Below, one piece after another: positions 1-12,834 of a DNA stretch of 64,000 nt. A model generated the notes under the pieces. It saw only the letters and a program-made list of their open reading frames with translations, had not been told where the DNA came from and searched no databases. Origin of the DNA: Paraspadella gotoi (lineage: Eukaryota > Animalia > Chaetognatha); contig CM119264.1 in the NCBI GenBank assembly GCA_051294375.1, forward strand, positions 23,568,858 to 23,632,857, in the 5' to 3' direction. The translations under genes and the position numbers were made by a program. Numbering within the stretch: position 1 is the stretch's first letter; each line of letters opens with the position of its first letter.

Positions 1-871
1 AGCGGCACTGAAGGATCAACGGAAGTTCAGGCGAAACTTGGGTCTCATTGCCGGAGAGACGAGGCTCGAGTCAGAGTCAACTTCCGGGTCTGGATCCGGT
101 GGATCGAGGTTCGAGATTAGGGTCTGAGTGAGCCATTGTCCTGGTCGTGGTTCTGCATCCGGTTGACTTAAGTTTAAATTTTGGCTTGAAATTCTACCTT
201 GCCGGAAAAAATGGAGAAAACTTTACATTTTTATTGCGGAATTATAAATCCCCACTCTGCCTATGTCTTGCATTTTCTTTCTGAGTTCATCTTTTTCATC
301 CTCCTTCACCTTATCTTGCAGTGACAGCTCCGACTCGTCCACCGGAGATGGCGCCGACTCTCTCGCCTCCCGCGAGGAGATAGAACTTCGCCCCAAGTGG
401 ACCGACCGGAGCCCCTCGCGCGGTCGAGCCGCTTCGGCGAGCGCCAGCCCGGCTCGAGGGGCTCCTTTTTCCGCCGGCGCTAGCCCTGCCAGGGGCGGTT
501 TCGCATCGATGGGTGCGAGTCCAGCTCATCGCGTCATTGGCGACCGGGATTGCCCGTCTCACGTACCGTCGGGGGCGTTAGCGGCGCCGGCGACAACCGC
601 GCACAGTCACCTCAAAGTCCCGCAACCGCGATCCGGAAGAGCACCAACATCAGAGAACGTCGCAACTTCGACGACGACGACGACGACAGCAACGATGGCC
701 GCGACGAAACCTAAAGATCGTTCCGGAAGAAAAAAATCGGTGACGCGACAAAAGTCGGTGGAGGGCGACTCGTTGCTTTTGTTGGAGAAAAGAAAATCGT
801 CAAAGAAAAACAAAAAACTGTCAAATAAAACTCAGTCTGTGGAGGAAACAGACCGAGTGACGACTGTGTAA
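1..871 (+). CDS. 3' part of an unidentified spliced gene with a Ser/Ala/Arg/Lys-rich low-complexity C-terminus; exons <1-108 and 322-871, possibly one more exon from 937
   Basis: Frame from base 2 reads AALKDQRKFRRNLGLIAGETRLESESTSGSGSGGS. Donor AG|GTTCGA after 108 is phase-matched to the pyrimidine-rich acceptor cttatcttgcag|T at 322, which continues into ORF 263-871. A second strong acceptor (ctctcttccccgtttcttgttag, ending 936) may add a terminal exon. No recognisable domain. Confidence 0.6.
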
Positions 872-1720
872 ATTGCATGACAGTGATTGAAAACGAAAAG
901 CAGCTCAAAATCACTCTCTTCCCCGTTTCTTGTTAGAGGGGGATTGTTGTGGGCGATGCCGACGGGCGCCGGCCGGGCTGAGAAAGCACGAGACCCTCTA
1001 CCGCGTAGACCACTATGTAATTAAATTAAACCTTATTTAAAGTGTTAAAAAGTTGATTTCACAAAGAAGCTAATTTTTTTTTTGTCCATGAATTATTGTT
1101 AATTTATATGAAATTGGTACAACCCATATAAAAATAAAAATTATCCATTCATTTAATGAATAAGCTCACATCCACCATCATTCAGCCAATCCCATTGGCT
1201 CTGAGTCCTAACGTTTTCCCTCTGCGTTGGCAAAGCGAGACCGTCATGGTAACCGCGACAGTAACATGAGGCGTCACTGGCCCCCAAAGCCAACAGTGAG
1301 ATGCCCCATCCCAATGGGCATCACAAGCAACCCGGCCGTTTCCATAAAGCTATCTCTTATCTTTATCTTTTATTTTATTAATTGAATTTTAAATTTATAA
1401 ATTTTATATTTATTTGATTCATTTAAAATGTTGAATGAACGAGAGAGTGAATCACTGCATGAATGCATGAAGCAACCCCTGTATTCGAAATCACGAGAGA
1501 CTAAAATAAATGAAATTGATGCAGAGAATAACTCAAAGCTGTTTGTTTCCCTTCGGTGCGCTTTTGTTTACTTTATTGTTATTTTCCCCAAGTGTCATTA
1601 CGGTATGTTAATTAAAAATAACGATTTAACGCTTCAAAATGTTTTGATTATATAAAAGTCATATTCATTTACAAACGCGATGTAAAAAAAACAGACGTGG
1701 AATCCTTCGATTAAAGTCCT

Positions 1721-4700
1721 TCAGGAAAAATTCTCTTCTCCAGCTTGGTTCTCAGCCATCACGCTTTCTATTGCAATTTCGTCATCGTCTTCTTCCTCTT
1801 CCTCTTCCTCCTCTCCTTCCTCCCCCTTTCTCCCTTCGTTCTCTTCGTCCTCTCTCGCCTCGCCTTCCTCCGCCTTCTCCCCGTTGTTGTTGTAGTTGTT
1901 GTTGTAGGCGAGGCGCCGCATGACTCGTTGCGCGGCGACGGCGATCTGTTGATCCGGCGCCGTTTCTAGTCGAGATCGCCACGCATCCGGAAGCGGCGTA
2001 GTTATCGTCGTTGAAGTGGGCGTTTCCGGTGACGTCGGCTCTGGAGGCGGCGCCGGTGTTGGGCAGCGCGTTTCGACGCCGCGATCGTCGTCGTGTTCGA
2101 TATTTTCCCTGTTCTCCACAACGAGAGGTGTTGGACCCCGGAAAGATTTACCGCAACCGGCGGTCATCATCGTCTGCAACAGCGGAGTCGTTGGCGGCGT
2201 GTAAGGCGCGATTGCGACGACGCGGTGCTGCGTCCCGAAGGTTGGCAGCCGCAGCGTCTCCGGCGTGCGGCTTCCGCAATTGCTGCTGCTGGAGTTTGCC
2301 GTGCGATTATCCGCGGCAGCGGAGCCAACGCCGCAGCAACCGCCGGATCCGGCTCCGTTAGATTTCTCGATCGGCGGCAACTTGATTTGATTTGACGTGG
2401 ATCTCGTGCCGCTAACTACGCCGCCGCCACTGGCGCCGCCAATCGCACATGGACCGGTGCAACAGCCCGTCGATGACGTCGCGGAGAATCTAATCGTCGG
2501 GACGGTCCACTTGGCGGAGTCATTGTCCCACATACTTTGCCGCACCTCGGAGGTTTAAATTGTTCAATTGAGAGATAAATCTATTAAACAATCAATTAAA
2601 TCAATCAATAAACAAATTCAACTAAATCGAGTCATCCATCAATCTGTCAATCCTTTTTCACCACTTCCTCCAGATCGAAGTAATTGCAATTTGGCTCTGT
2701 CAGTTGCCAGAGTTGATCGACGACCTCCTCCAACAGCATCCCCTTCCGTATGTGTTCCTTGAGAAGCCACTCCTGTTGCCGCAACATCTCGAGAAGCTCC
2801 TCTCGTTTTTCCCCGAATTCCGTCTTGAGGTCTTCGGATTCAGATTCGGCTCGTTCCCGTCGCTCAACCTTAATTTAATTATCTGACAAATCAATGTCAT
2901 AATAAACGATGTTTCAATAAGATGTTGTCAGTTCCAGGGATCCTGTGATACTTATGAAAACACATAACACAATTATGCTACCTCCTCGCGCAACTTTTCC
3001 TTGACGAACTCCAGTTCCTCGTTGAGATTTTCGAAAGTCTTGAGGATGTGACCCTCGTGGTCGATCTCTTCCTCGGGGTCGCGCTCGGTCGACTTGAACG
3101 AAGTTTCGCTGTCCGACACCAAACGTCGAATTAATAATATTTTTCTGGCTTATGCTATATCATTTTAATTTCATTTTTGTTTTTATTTTTGACTGGTATT
3201 TATTTATAATCAAGAGAGAATAATGATTAATCGGAAATCTAAAACAAATCCATTTACATTAATGTCATTGACAAATCCACAGCCCAGTCAAAATTTTTTC
3301 CCTTTGTACTAAGAGTGTAACTTTTTTTTAAAAAAACTCCAAGAAAGAGAAGTTCGAAATGAGTATAGCAAGAAAGTACAGCAATCTTAAAAAGAAAATT
3401 TCATACTCGTAGAATGAAATCTTGATCACAGCTTTGAAACATTCGGAAGCAAAAACTCAGCCTCGTCGTCAATATCGCGCCCAAAGTCCAATTTTTCCTC
3501 AAACATAGACAATGGGAAATCCGCAACCCCCCCCCCATCCCTCCCCCACCTCAAATGATGCTCCGCAATCTCGCATTCCTGCAGCAGAGTATTCCTCTTC
3601 CTCCGCGCGTCGGAATCGTCCTTCTTCTCTCCGCCGACCAACTTCCTGTACAACAGCTTCAATTTGTCCATCGTTTCCCTCCTCGCTCTTTCCACCTCCG
3701 TCGCGTCGCCGACCGTTCGCTTCTCCATCTTCCGCCGCTCCACCAGCTCCTCCAGCTCTTCGCGCTGTTGGACTTTCTGCGACGCCAGCTGTTTCTCCTT
3801 GGCCTCGAGGTTGGCCTTGAGTCTTTGTATCTCCAACGCCATCTCTCTCAGAGTGGCGTCCTTTGGATCCTCGTTGACGCTGGGCCGGTTCTTGATCGTC
3901 TTAGCCCGCGCGGCGAAGCGCAGCGTCTGTAGGGTCTCCTCGTGGTTGTAGTCAGCGGGCGATACGTTGCAGATCATGAGGGTCTTGGCGTTGCCTCCCA
4001 ATGAGTTTTGCAGCAGCCGAGTCAGTTTGGAATCGCGGTAGGGAATGTGGGCGCCCTTACCGTCGGTGAGAGCGGAAATGACGTTGCCAAGCGCCGAGAG
4101 AGAGAGGTTGATATTCGTCGCCTCACGAAAGCGAACCGAATCTGGGTCTACGTGAGTCTTGGCCTGACGTTCTGAGCCTTTCAAGAGTGAGCAAACGAGA
4201 TGAAAGAAAAAAAAATTTGTTTGTTTACTTGCTGCCTATTGATGTCTAAACAATCTTCACACCCGCCCTAAACCATCCATGTCAAAAACCCGCCCAAACG
4301 TCATGCAGCGTCCCAACCCCTCCTCCACCTGCGAGGTCGACGAGGTGCAGCCTCCCGACCCTGACGTGACCCTCGTCGCTGACTTGCTCCAACTTGAGCG
4401 TGAAGATGGCGTGGCTTCTGCTGCTCTCTTGATTCATGTCCGTCGCGCCGGAGACGCGATTTTTGGCGCCGCGATCAAGCAACGCTTTGGCTTCCGCGTA
4501 GGAGTTCACCTGGGGGACGAGATAGAGAATGACAGGGTCCGGGATAAGGAAAAAAGAAGAGTCAAGGAGACAAGCAACAAATTTACTTCAATTAGGAAAA
4601 AGGTCATTTACAAAAAATCCGTATTTGATTTAAATTTTTTTTTTTAGTAATTTTTCTGTAATAATAAGTTGTTTTCTAATTAATTGACAAAAGATGGCGA

Positions 4701-6411
4701 CAAAAGAGCATCCGACCTGTAACCACGTGAGGCCCAAAACGTCGACGCCGCTGCCTCCGTCGCTTCTCAGGTCCAATTTCGTGGCTTTGGAATTCAGAAG
4801 GTCGCTGATGTGGTCGTTATAGATCTGTACTGAAGAAGGAATGAAAAAATTCGCCCGGTCGGTCAATCTAACTAGCTAAGGAACATGCTAGATTAAAAAA
4901 ATCAGTGAGTTGGTTGCTAACTTAACTTAATTAGCAGGTAAAGAGTCCGATCAATGATCATGGGTTTGTCTTCTTCTCGCTTCCACTGTCTGTGATTAGC
5001 CATAGCCGATGAAATTTAAATGCTAATGTATACAGCGTTAAAATAATCTATCATGAGCATAGATTATGGTATTAAAATATTTTTTTGTCAAAAATGCCTT
5101 CTTCTGAGGGTATTTTAGCCTTATTAAAAATATTATATTACTAAATAAATATTCGTTTGAGCATGTACTCTAAATTTTTGACTCTCCCCATTGAGTTGGG
5201 CTACCCCTGCTGTGAGTCCGTCTCTTTGTCTGTCTATCTTTCTATCCCTCTGTCTCGCCCTTCCCCCCTCCTCCCGCACTTGAAGGTAAGAGGCGGTGAC
5301 TAAAAATTTTCCTGACTCGGCGACGGCGATGGCGTTGAAGATGTGATCGATGGCCTCTTGGATGATGCCGATCGCGTTGCTCTGGCGCGACAACGACGAC
5401 AACGACGACGCCACCGTATCGGCTTTAGGCGTCTCTGGGCGCGCCACCTCTTGTCCCGATCCTTGCATCGTGAAAGTCTTCCCGCTTCCGGTTTGACCGT
5501 AGGCGAGGATAGTCCCGTTGTATCCCTGATGACCGACGTTTATTTTTGGGGAGTTTTCTTGACATTCTAAATTTTACTTTCATTACTTCGATTAAAACAT
5601 AGTTACTTCCATCTGTCAACAAATTCACTAGTATTTATTTTTATTACTGAAGCATCTTTATTAATAGGATTGTCGTAGGTTTCTTTGTTATTATACACAA
5701 TATCTGAGAACCACGATTTATCAGAATTACAAGGATAAAGGAGGAACTTTGTTCAAGGCGACGGCCGTAGGTGAGAGGATTAAATCAAGCGGAAAAGAAT
5801 GGGGCGTTACCATTCGGAACTAATTTAGCATAAGTCATACAATGAATAACGTTTCATCAACCCTGTTTTACGATTTTTACAAAAGATAATCTGCCGCAAC
5901 TTCTGACCTGCAGCAACCCTTCAACGATGGGGATGGTGACGGCGTGATATATCTCTCCCGTCGACGTATCTTCGTCGTAAACTTCGTCAAAGGTGAATTT
6001 TTTGCGGCAGGCGGCGAACTCTTTGCGCGGTCGACCTGGGGGTCAAAAGGTCAAAGATAAATTAGAGGGTCAAAGCGTCATCCATCTCTATCCCGTCTCC
6101 AGTTTATATCTCTCCTTCTCTTCATTCGTCTCTTTCCTCATTTTCCCATCGATCCCTTTCCTGATTCCCATTGTCCGGTTTCGCCGAGTTGTCGCTGTTT
6201 TTGTCGATCGATGATGAAAACTTCTTTTCCTCCTTTCGTTCTTCCTCTCCCGACTTCGACTGGAAAAGATTTTGCAGAGAGCTTAACCGAATTAGTTACC
6301 AATAGATCAATCAAAAGTGCTCTCACCGACGGAGCAGCAGTTCATATTCTTTTCCTTTTTATTCAAGGGTCTGATCCTAATTATGACCCTGATGTTCTCT
6401 CTCTTGTCCAT
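1721..6411 (-). CDS. KIF17: Kinesin-2 family motor, KIF17/OSM-3-like (~877-889 aa, 10 exons)
   Basis: Exons (minus strand): 6411-6327, 6259-6161, 6035-5908, 5525-5280, 4824-4717, 4509-4329, 4177-3550, 3108(or 3144)-2982, 2868-2662, 2545-1721; all phases are consistent. Motor motifs: [37 protein letters not shown] (P-loop), [11 protein letters not shown] (switch I), LVDLAGSER (switch II), [20 protein letters not shown], neck NEDPKDA. The stalk/tail ESEDLKTEF...[18 protein letters not shown] resembles the KIF17/OSM-3 'CNY.NL....S.WD' region. Confidence 0.9.
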
Positions 6412-7094
6412 CTCCGGTCCAACGGACGAAAACGGCCAAAAGAAAAATAAAACCGAAAAAACCGAAAAAAAACTGAAAAACTTAAAACCCCCAAAACACA
6501 AAAAACCGTTGTAAGAAAAAAACTTGAATTTTTGTTTGAAGCAAAACTCTACTTCGCTCAACGAGTCTATGAATCTAATCTAAAATTAAGAAGAGAGAGA
6601 GGGCTTGACTGATGTCTGAGTCAAGGACTAACTTTTAAACTAGGAAATTCTTATGTTTTTAAAAACCGTTATTCGTTTTCATTGATAAAAAGAAAGTTGT
6701 AACGGCTTAAAAGTCGATAGGTATTTTTGCAGCCCATTTTTTATTTATATACATTATTGGCGTCATAAAGGTTAAAATGTCATGTCAGGGAATAAAAATA
6801 TATTCTTAATATATTGTAAACAAACAACTATAGCAATTGAAAGATGAGAGTAAAAAATCAGTATCAAAAAAGTCTCTAAAGAAAAAGTTTTAGACTATAA
6901 ACGACAATGCTACCACTCATTTCCTGGTTCAAAATAATATCTTCCAGAACATAATACAATTCAATAATTAACTTTAAAATTGTCGCCATCATTGAATGAT
7001 TAGCACAATGACCACTTTTCATACAATAACTTTTAATTTAGAATTCAGAAGATTAATTTAATGGTTAAATAACTAAAAGTTTAGGCTTTAAAGA

Positions 7095-7430
7095 TCCAGC
7101 AGCCGCGTCGTTCGCGCGTGGTTGCTGGAATGAGTGTGGATAAGGCGCNNNNNNNNNNNNNNNNNNNNNNNNNCAAGGTCTAAGTGGGCTGAAGATGACT
7201 ATCCGTAACTTCTAAACCCCTCTAGCAGCCAAGGAAACGGATCCTGGGCTTGCCACGCCCCCAAGGCGGTTTACGGCCGTCCTAACACTTCCCGCAGGGT
7301 AGGTACCGGTTTGGGATTGAGCTGATGGCTTTACTCAATGACGTGAAGGTGTCATGCTTATAGGCGGGGTGAACTTATGCTATGCCCGACTATGATCTCA
7401 TGTCCCTCAAGCGCTATCTTTGCTCACTCC
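7095..7430. repeat. Interspersed GC-richer repeat fragment with a 5' hairpin, interrupted by an N-gap
   Basis: 7319-7377 (gctgatggctttactcaatgacgtgaaggtgtcatgcttataggcggggtgaac) recurs in degraded form at ~30305-30395. A 13-bp hairpin lies at 7095-7129. Confidence 0.45.
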
Positions 7431-8927
7431 TCTCTCTCTCATCTCTGCTCAAAGCTTCTGCCTCTCACTCGGTAAGTTAACTTAAACCGTATATTCTCCA
7501 TTTACAATAATCTATAAGTAGAAGATATTCACGTTTCCAATTGTTCACGTTGCAAGTAATTAGCCTATCTACATTAAACTATCTGGGCAGTGAAGAACCA
7601 GATGAAGTGAGTTTGAAAAAGATAACTCGTTAACAAGATTCTACGTGTGTTTTGTAATATTTAGTAAATCCGCGAGTGTGAGAGACTGAAAGTAATAATT
7701 TAATTCATAGTATTCTAAAAGTCACGCTCGCCATTCCGTTGCACAAATTTTTTCATCAATTACTTAAATGTTTTCTTGTCCGTTTTAAGTTTACTCCACT
7801 TTTTGAATGAATGAAAATTTGTTTCTTTCAATTTGTTCGCGATTGTAATTAAGTTGTCAAATTTATTAGGCTCTCGAAGTCCGGTTGATTTTGAAACAAC
7901 ATGACAATTCAAATTTTAAAAGTCAAAATTATCTTCAAGCTTGTTTTATGCGGAAAAATTCCTATTTTACCTCATCGTACTAAAATTCATGAAAGAAATC
8001 TTTGACCACTTAATCTGCTCCCATCTTCCTTTTTAGATAAGGACTCAAATAGTATCACATTCCATTCGTTCCTTTTAAACTTTCTTAACTTAACCTTCAT
8101 CAAAGGAAAGCACCTTTGATCAATAAGACTAAAGTGGCGGTCTTGCTCCTAAATTCACCACAGGGGGGAAGGGCCTTAATGTCGAACGCAGACCGGGCCC
8201 AAGCTGCATCGACCAAAAAAAATAAGCCACTTTTCGAATATAATTCACGGATTCTCCATTGAAAGTATTTTGTATTATATTATCTTGCTCGACATCTATT
8301 TATTTAACTCTTGATTCTTTTCAGTATCGTCACGGCGCTTTTCATTTTTGTTTTAATTAGTACATAGCCATAATACTTAAGGGAGTGGTCTTTTCATACA
8401 ATTGAAACATTCTTTGAAATATTTTCCACTCATTGATAGGGAAGCCAGGTACTCTGGATGAATAAACAAGACTGTGGGAGAGTCTTGATGAAAGCTTGCA
8501 GGGACCTGCTATGTCATTATCTTTAGAGTGATGAGCCTTAAACCACCAAAGCTGTCCAAAGTCAGGGCAAGATATATTTATTAAATGAATGGATAATTTT
8601 ATATTGGTGTACAATTTCATTTAATAAAGATTCCTTTTCAAGACGTTCGCATTTAACAGAAGTTCAAAAAAGTCGAATCGGTCGCAGCCTCGTAATTCTG
8701 TCCCGGGTAAGTCACTGTCAAATTGTTTTCGTCTTGATTCTGCCCACGCACAGCCCAGAATTTCTGGCTGTGATCAATAAGACCGAACCAGCTTTTCCTC
8801 TCTAGTCTTCGACGGGAAACAGAAAACTCGTTGGTGGCTGCTTTCACCTTTATCGTGAAATTTTTCTCTTTACTGAATAAAACGGAAAAAAAGTCTTTCA
8901 TTGGCTGCAAGTTACAAATTCTATTCT

Positions 8928-8928
<1 letters not shown>

Positions 8929-8963
<35 letters not shown>

Positions 8964-9095
8964 ACTCACTCACTCACTCACTCACTCACTCACTCACTCA
9001 CTCACTCACTCACTCACTCACTCACTCACTCACTCACACACACACACATCTCCCTCTCTCTCTCTCTCTCTCTTTCTCATCTCTCTCTCTCTCTC
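8929..9095. repeat. Compound microsatellite (CT)n(CACT)n(CA)n(CT)n
   Basis: Read directly from the sequence. Confidence 0.95.
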
Positions 9096-9487
9096 AGCAA
9101 TCATATTCAAAGAAACAGAATAATTTTGTGAATTCGATCATTTCTTCTTGGAAGCGAGAAATTTGGCTCAAAAGAAAAGAAACTGGATTTATTCGTTTCC
9201 GCTTTAATTTTTTGCATCACTGATAGCTGAATCACTGAGAAGGTCACTGTGTTACAGGGTCACTGCGAGTGTCACTTGGCCTCTGATGGAATCTTTCGGT
9301 CACAGCGAAGGTCGTGGGTCACGCGTGACGATCCGACTGGTTTTTTCTAATTCGGAATTAACCCCGAATTAACCCACGAGATGGAAATAGCGAGTGATGG
9401 AGAGCAGAGCACATCAAGAGATGAAAGTGACCGAAAACGCCAAAATAACCACAATAACTTAATAATAAACTTGCATAAATCAACCTA

Positions 9488-9490
9488 AAA

Positions 9491-9560
<70 letters not shown>

Positions 9561-9570
9561 AAATAAATAA

Positions 9571-9605
<35 letters not shown>

Positions 9606-9606
9606 A
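9488..9606. repeat. (AAAT)n microsatellite (second copy at 11346-11434)
   Basis: Read directly from the sequence. Confidence 0.95.
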
Positions 9607-11344
9607 TCATCAATCAATAATCAATCTAATAACACGGAATAATGAAAAAAATAATTTCTATGGCAACATATACTGGCTTCCTTGTCAAAAATATTTAAAA
9701 ATCCGTTTTAGCCTTTTCATGATCGCTTCGAGACTCTGTTTAATGGTATTAACGTAAAAGTCAATTATAACCGTTAAGTTAATTTATTTAATTTTGCTTT
9801 TTTAGTCGTTCTGCTATTCGCAGATTCCGACTAATATAATTCACTTTGTCGGTCCGTTCGGTCCACCCCCCCCAATCTTGTTGGGCATTCACTTATATCA
9901 TGTCAGAACATTGATGTCCGTCCGTCCGTCCCCCTTAGAAAAAAACTCCAATTACTCGTTATTGGATGGATGGATTGGAATGAAAATTTATGTGGGTAGG
10001 AAAGTGTGTGATTGAGCTGGATATAAGTTTGAGTTGCGAGGGAAATGAGTTTAAATGGAAAAAACAAAAGTCATATTTACTTTAAGTATTTTTACATAAA
10101 TTTACTCAATTAGAAGAGTTTGAAATTGATTAACATGTCCATTAAAACAAAATAAATCGTTGTGATATCAATTTCAAACTATTCTAATTATCTCTACACA
10201 ACGAAAGAAAGGATTAAACCACAATAAATTTACTCATAATAATTATGTTTCTTAAAAATTGATAAATAAATTAAAACGAAACTTTGTGTGTAAGTAAAAA
10301 AGTATGTGATTAAGCTGGATATTAATTTTTTATGGAATCTTAGGAGTGGAAAAGATTTAAAATAGAAAACCAAAAAACATTATTTTGATTACGTAGTTGA
10401 CCAAATTATGCCAGTTGACCAAACTATGCCAGTTGATAAAATTAAGCCAGTTGATCAATTCTTGATTCTTTTCAGTATCGTCACGGCGCTTTTCATTTTT
10501 GTTTTAATTAAGTTACATTTAATTAAAGATTCCTTTTCAAGACGTTCGCATTTAACAGAAGTTCAAAAAAGTCGAATCGGTCGCAGCCTCGTAATTCTGT
10601 CCCGGGTAAGTGACTGTCAAATTGTTTCGTCTTGATTCTGCCCACGCACAGCCCAGAATTTCTGGGCTGTGATCAATAAGACCGANNNNNNNNNNNNNNN
10701 NNNNNNNNNNNNNNNNNNNNNNNNNNNNNNNNNNNNNNNNNNNNNNNNNNNNNNNNNNNNNNNNNNNNNNNNNNNNNNNNNNNNNNNNNNNNNNNNNNNN
10801 NNNNNNNNNNNNNNNNNNNNNNNNNNNNNNNNNNNNNNNNNNNNNNNNNNNAGCATAACGTCCAAGTTTTACAAATTCTATTTACCTGCTCTCTACTCTC
10901 TCTTCTCTCTCTCTCTCACTTCCTCTCTCATCTCTCTCTCTCTCTCTCTCTCAGCAATCATATTCAAAAGAAACAGAATAATTTTGGTGAATTCGATCAT
11001 TTCTTCTTGGAAGCGAGAAATTTGGCTCAAAAGAAAAAGAAACTGGATTTATTCGTTCGCTTTAATTTTTTTGCATCACTGAATAGCTGAATCACTGAGA
11101 AGGTCACTGTGTTACAGGGTCACTGCGAGTGTCACTTGGCCTCTGATGGAATCTTTCGGTCACAGCGAAGGTCGTGGGTCACGCGTGACGATCCGACTGG
11201 TTTTTTCTAATTCGGAATTAACCCGAATTAACCCACGAGATGGAAATAGCGAGTGATGGAGAGCAGAGCACATCAAGAGATGAAAGTGACGGAAAACGCC
11301 AAAATAACCACAATAACTTAATAATAAACTTGCATAAATCAACC

Positions 11345-11435
<91 letters not shown>

Positions 11436-11438
11436 AGA

Positions 11439-11470
<32 letters not shown>

Positions 11471-11644
11471 TAATAACACGGAATAATGAAAAAAATAATT
11501 TCTATGGCAACATATACTGGCTTCCTTGTCAAAAATATTTAAAAATCCGTTTTAGCCTTTTCATGATCGCTTCGAGACTCTGTTTAATGGTATTAACGTA
11601 AAAGTCAATTATAACCGTTAATGTTAATTTTATTTAATTTTGCT

Positions 11645-12752
11645 TTTTTAGTCGGATCTGCTTATTCGCAGATTCCGACTCTATAATTCACTTTGTCGGT
11701 CCGTCGGTCCACCCCCCCAATCTTGTCGGGCATTCACTTATATCATGTCAGAACATCAAATTATTATAAATTATGTAAAGAAATGATGTCCGTCCGTCCG
11801 TCCCCCCTTAGAAAAAACTCCAATTACTCGTTATTGGATGGATGGATTGGAATGAAAATTTATGTGGGTAGGAAAGTGTGTGATTGAGCTGATATAAAGT
11901 TTGGAGTTGCGAGTGGAAATGAGTTTAAATGGAAAAAACAAAAGTCATATTTACTTTAAAATATTTTACATAAATTTACTCAATTAGAAGAGTTTGAAAT
12001 TGATTTAACATGTCCATTAAAAAAAATAAATGTTGTGTATATCAATTTCAAACTATTCTAATTATCTTACACAAGAAAAGAAAGGATTAAACACAAATAA
12101 ATTTACTTCTTGTTTCGTAAAAATGGTATAATAAATTGAACACACAACACTTTGTGTGTAAGTTAAAAAAAGTATGTGATTAAGCTTGATATTAATTTTT
12201 TTTTTTTTTTTATTTTTTATGGAATCTTAAAGACAGTGGAAAAGAGTTTAAAATAGAAAACCAAAAAACATTTATTTTGATTACGTTAGTTGACCAAATT
12301 ATGCCAGTTGACCAAACTATGCCAGTTGATAAAATTAAGCCAGTTGATCAAATTAAACCAGTTTACCACATTTTGCAAGTTGACCAAATTATGCAAGTTG
12401 AAAAAAATTATGTCAGTTGACCATATTATACCAGTTGATTAAATTATGTAAATTGATCAAATTATACAAAATTACCAAATTATGAAAGTTGACAAAATTA
12501 TGCCAGTTGAACAAATTATTTCTGTTGACCAAATTATGCGCATATACTGGTAATTATTGATAAATCATTTGATTTATATATTTTTTTATAGATTTATTAA
12601 GTAGTCTGTTATGATTTGTTATGTAACAATTTGTTATGATCTGTTAAGAAATTGAAAGTCAGAAAAAATTACCATAATTTCTCATCAGATTAGTTTATTA
12701 TCGCTTAATTATCGTAGGCAGATCCGACATTGTTTGCTCAAAGTTGTTTTTT
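11645..12752 (+). mobile_element. Non-autonomous Helentron-associated (HINE/DINE-1-like) element; 3'-truncated duplicate at ~9797-10460
   Basis: T-run, then 5' subterminal IR GTCGGATCTGC with a nearby inverted copy GCAGATTCCGAC, a GTCG/GTCC microsatellite and an internal 18-bp tandem array. It ends with 3' subterminal IR GCAGATCCGAC (12718-12729), a short hairpin (TTTG-CT-CAAA) and TTGTTTT. Confidence 0.7.
12289..12540 (+). repeat. 18-bp minisatellite (consensus GTTGACCAAATTATGCCA, ~14 degenerate copies) inside the HINE
   Basis: Units counted by eye. About 3.5 units also occur at 10396-10460. Confidence 0.9.
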
Positions 12753-12834
12753 CATAAAAAAATATTTGACCGATTAAGCCAAAGAAAGTAAATAGGAGTT
12801 TAATCTTGACAATTGTTCACCCAAATGAAAAAAA

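Larger units (their letters stand above)
8310..12350 (+). repeat. ~2-kb block present twice in tandem (8310-10460 and 10461-12350); probably allelic or a gap-fill duplication
   Basis: Both copies start cttgattcttttcagtatcgtcacggcgc and are collinear, differing by small indels. An N-gap lies at 10686-10851. Confidence 0.85.

Noticed and set aside
3426-3549. C-terminal part of ORF 3426-4184 (WGRDGGG...VSKL) as coding, or a GAG|GC donor near 3461
   Set aside because: The GT donor after 3550 is phase 2 and matches the next exon, so the remainder is intron read-through.
12289-12540. Regularly spaced repeats as a CRISPR array
   Set aside because: Head-to-tail 18-bp units with no unique spacers, in a eukaryotic context with no cas genes. 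It is a minisatellite inside a HINE.
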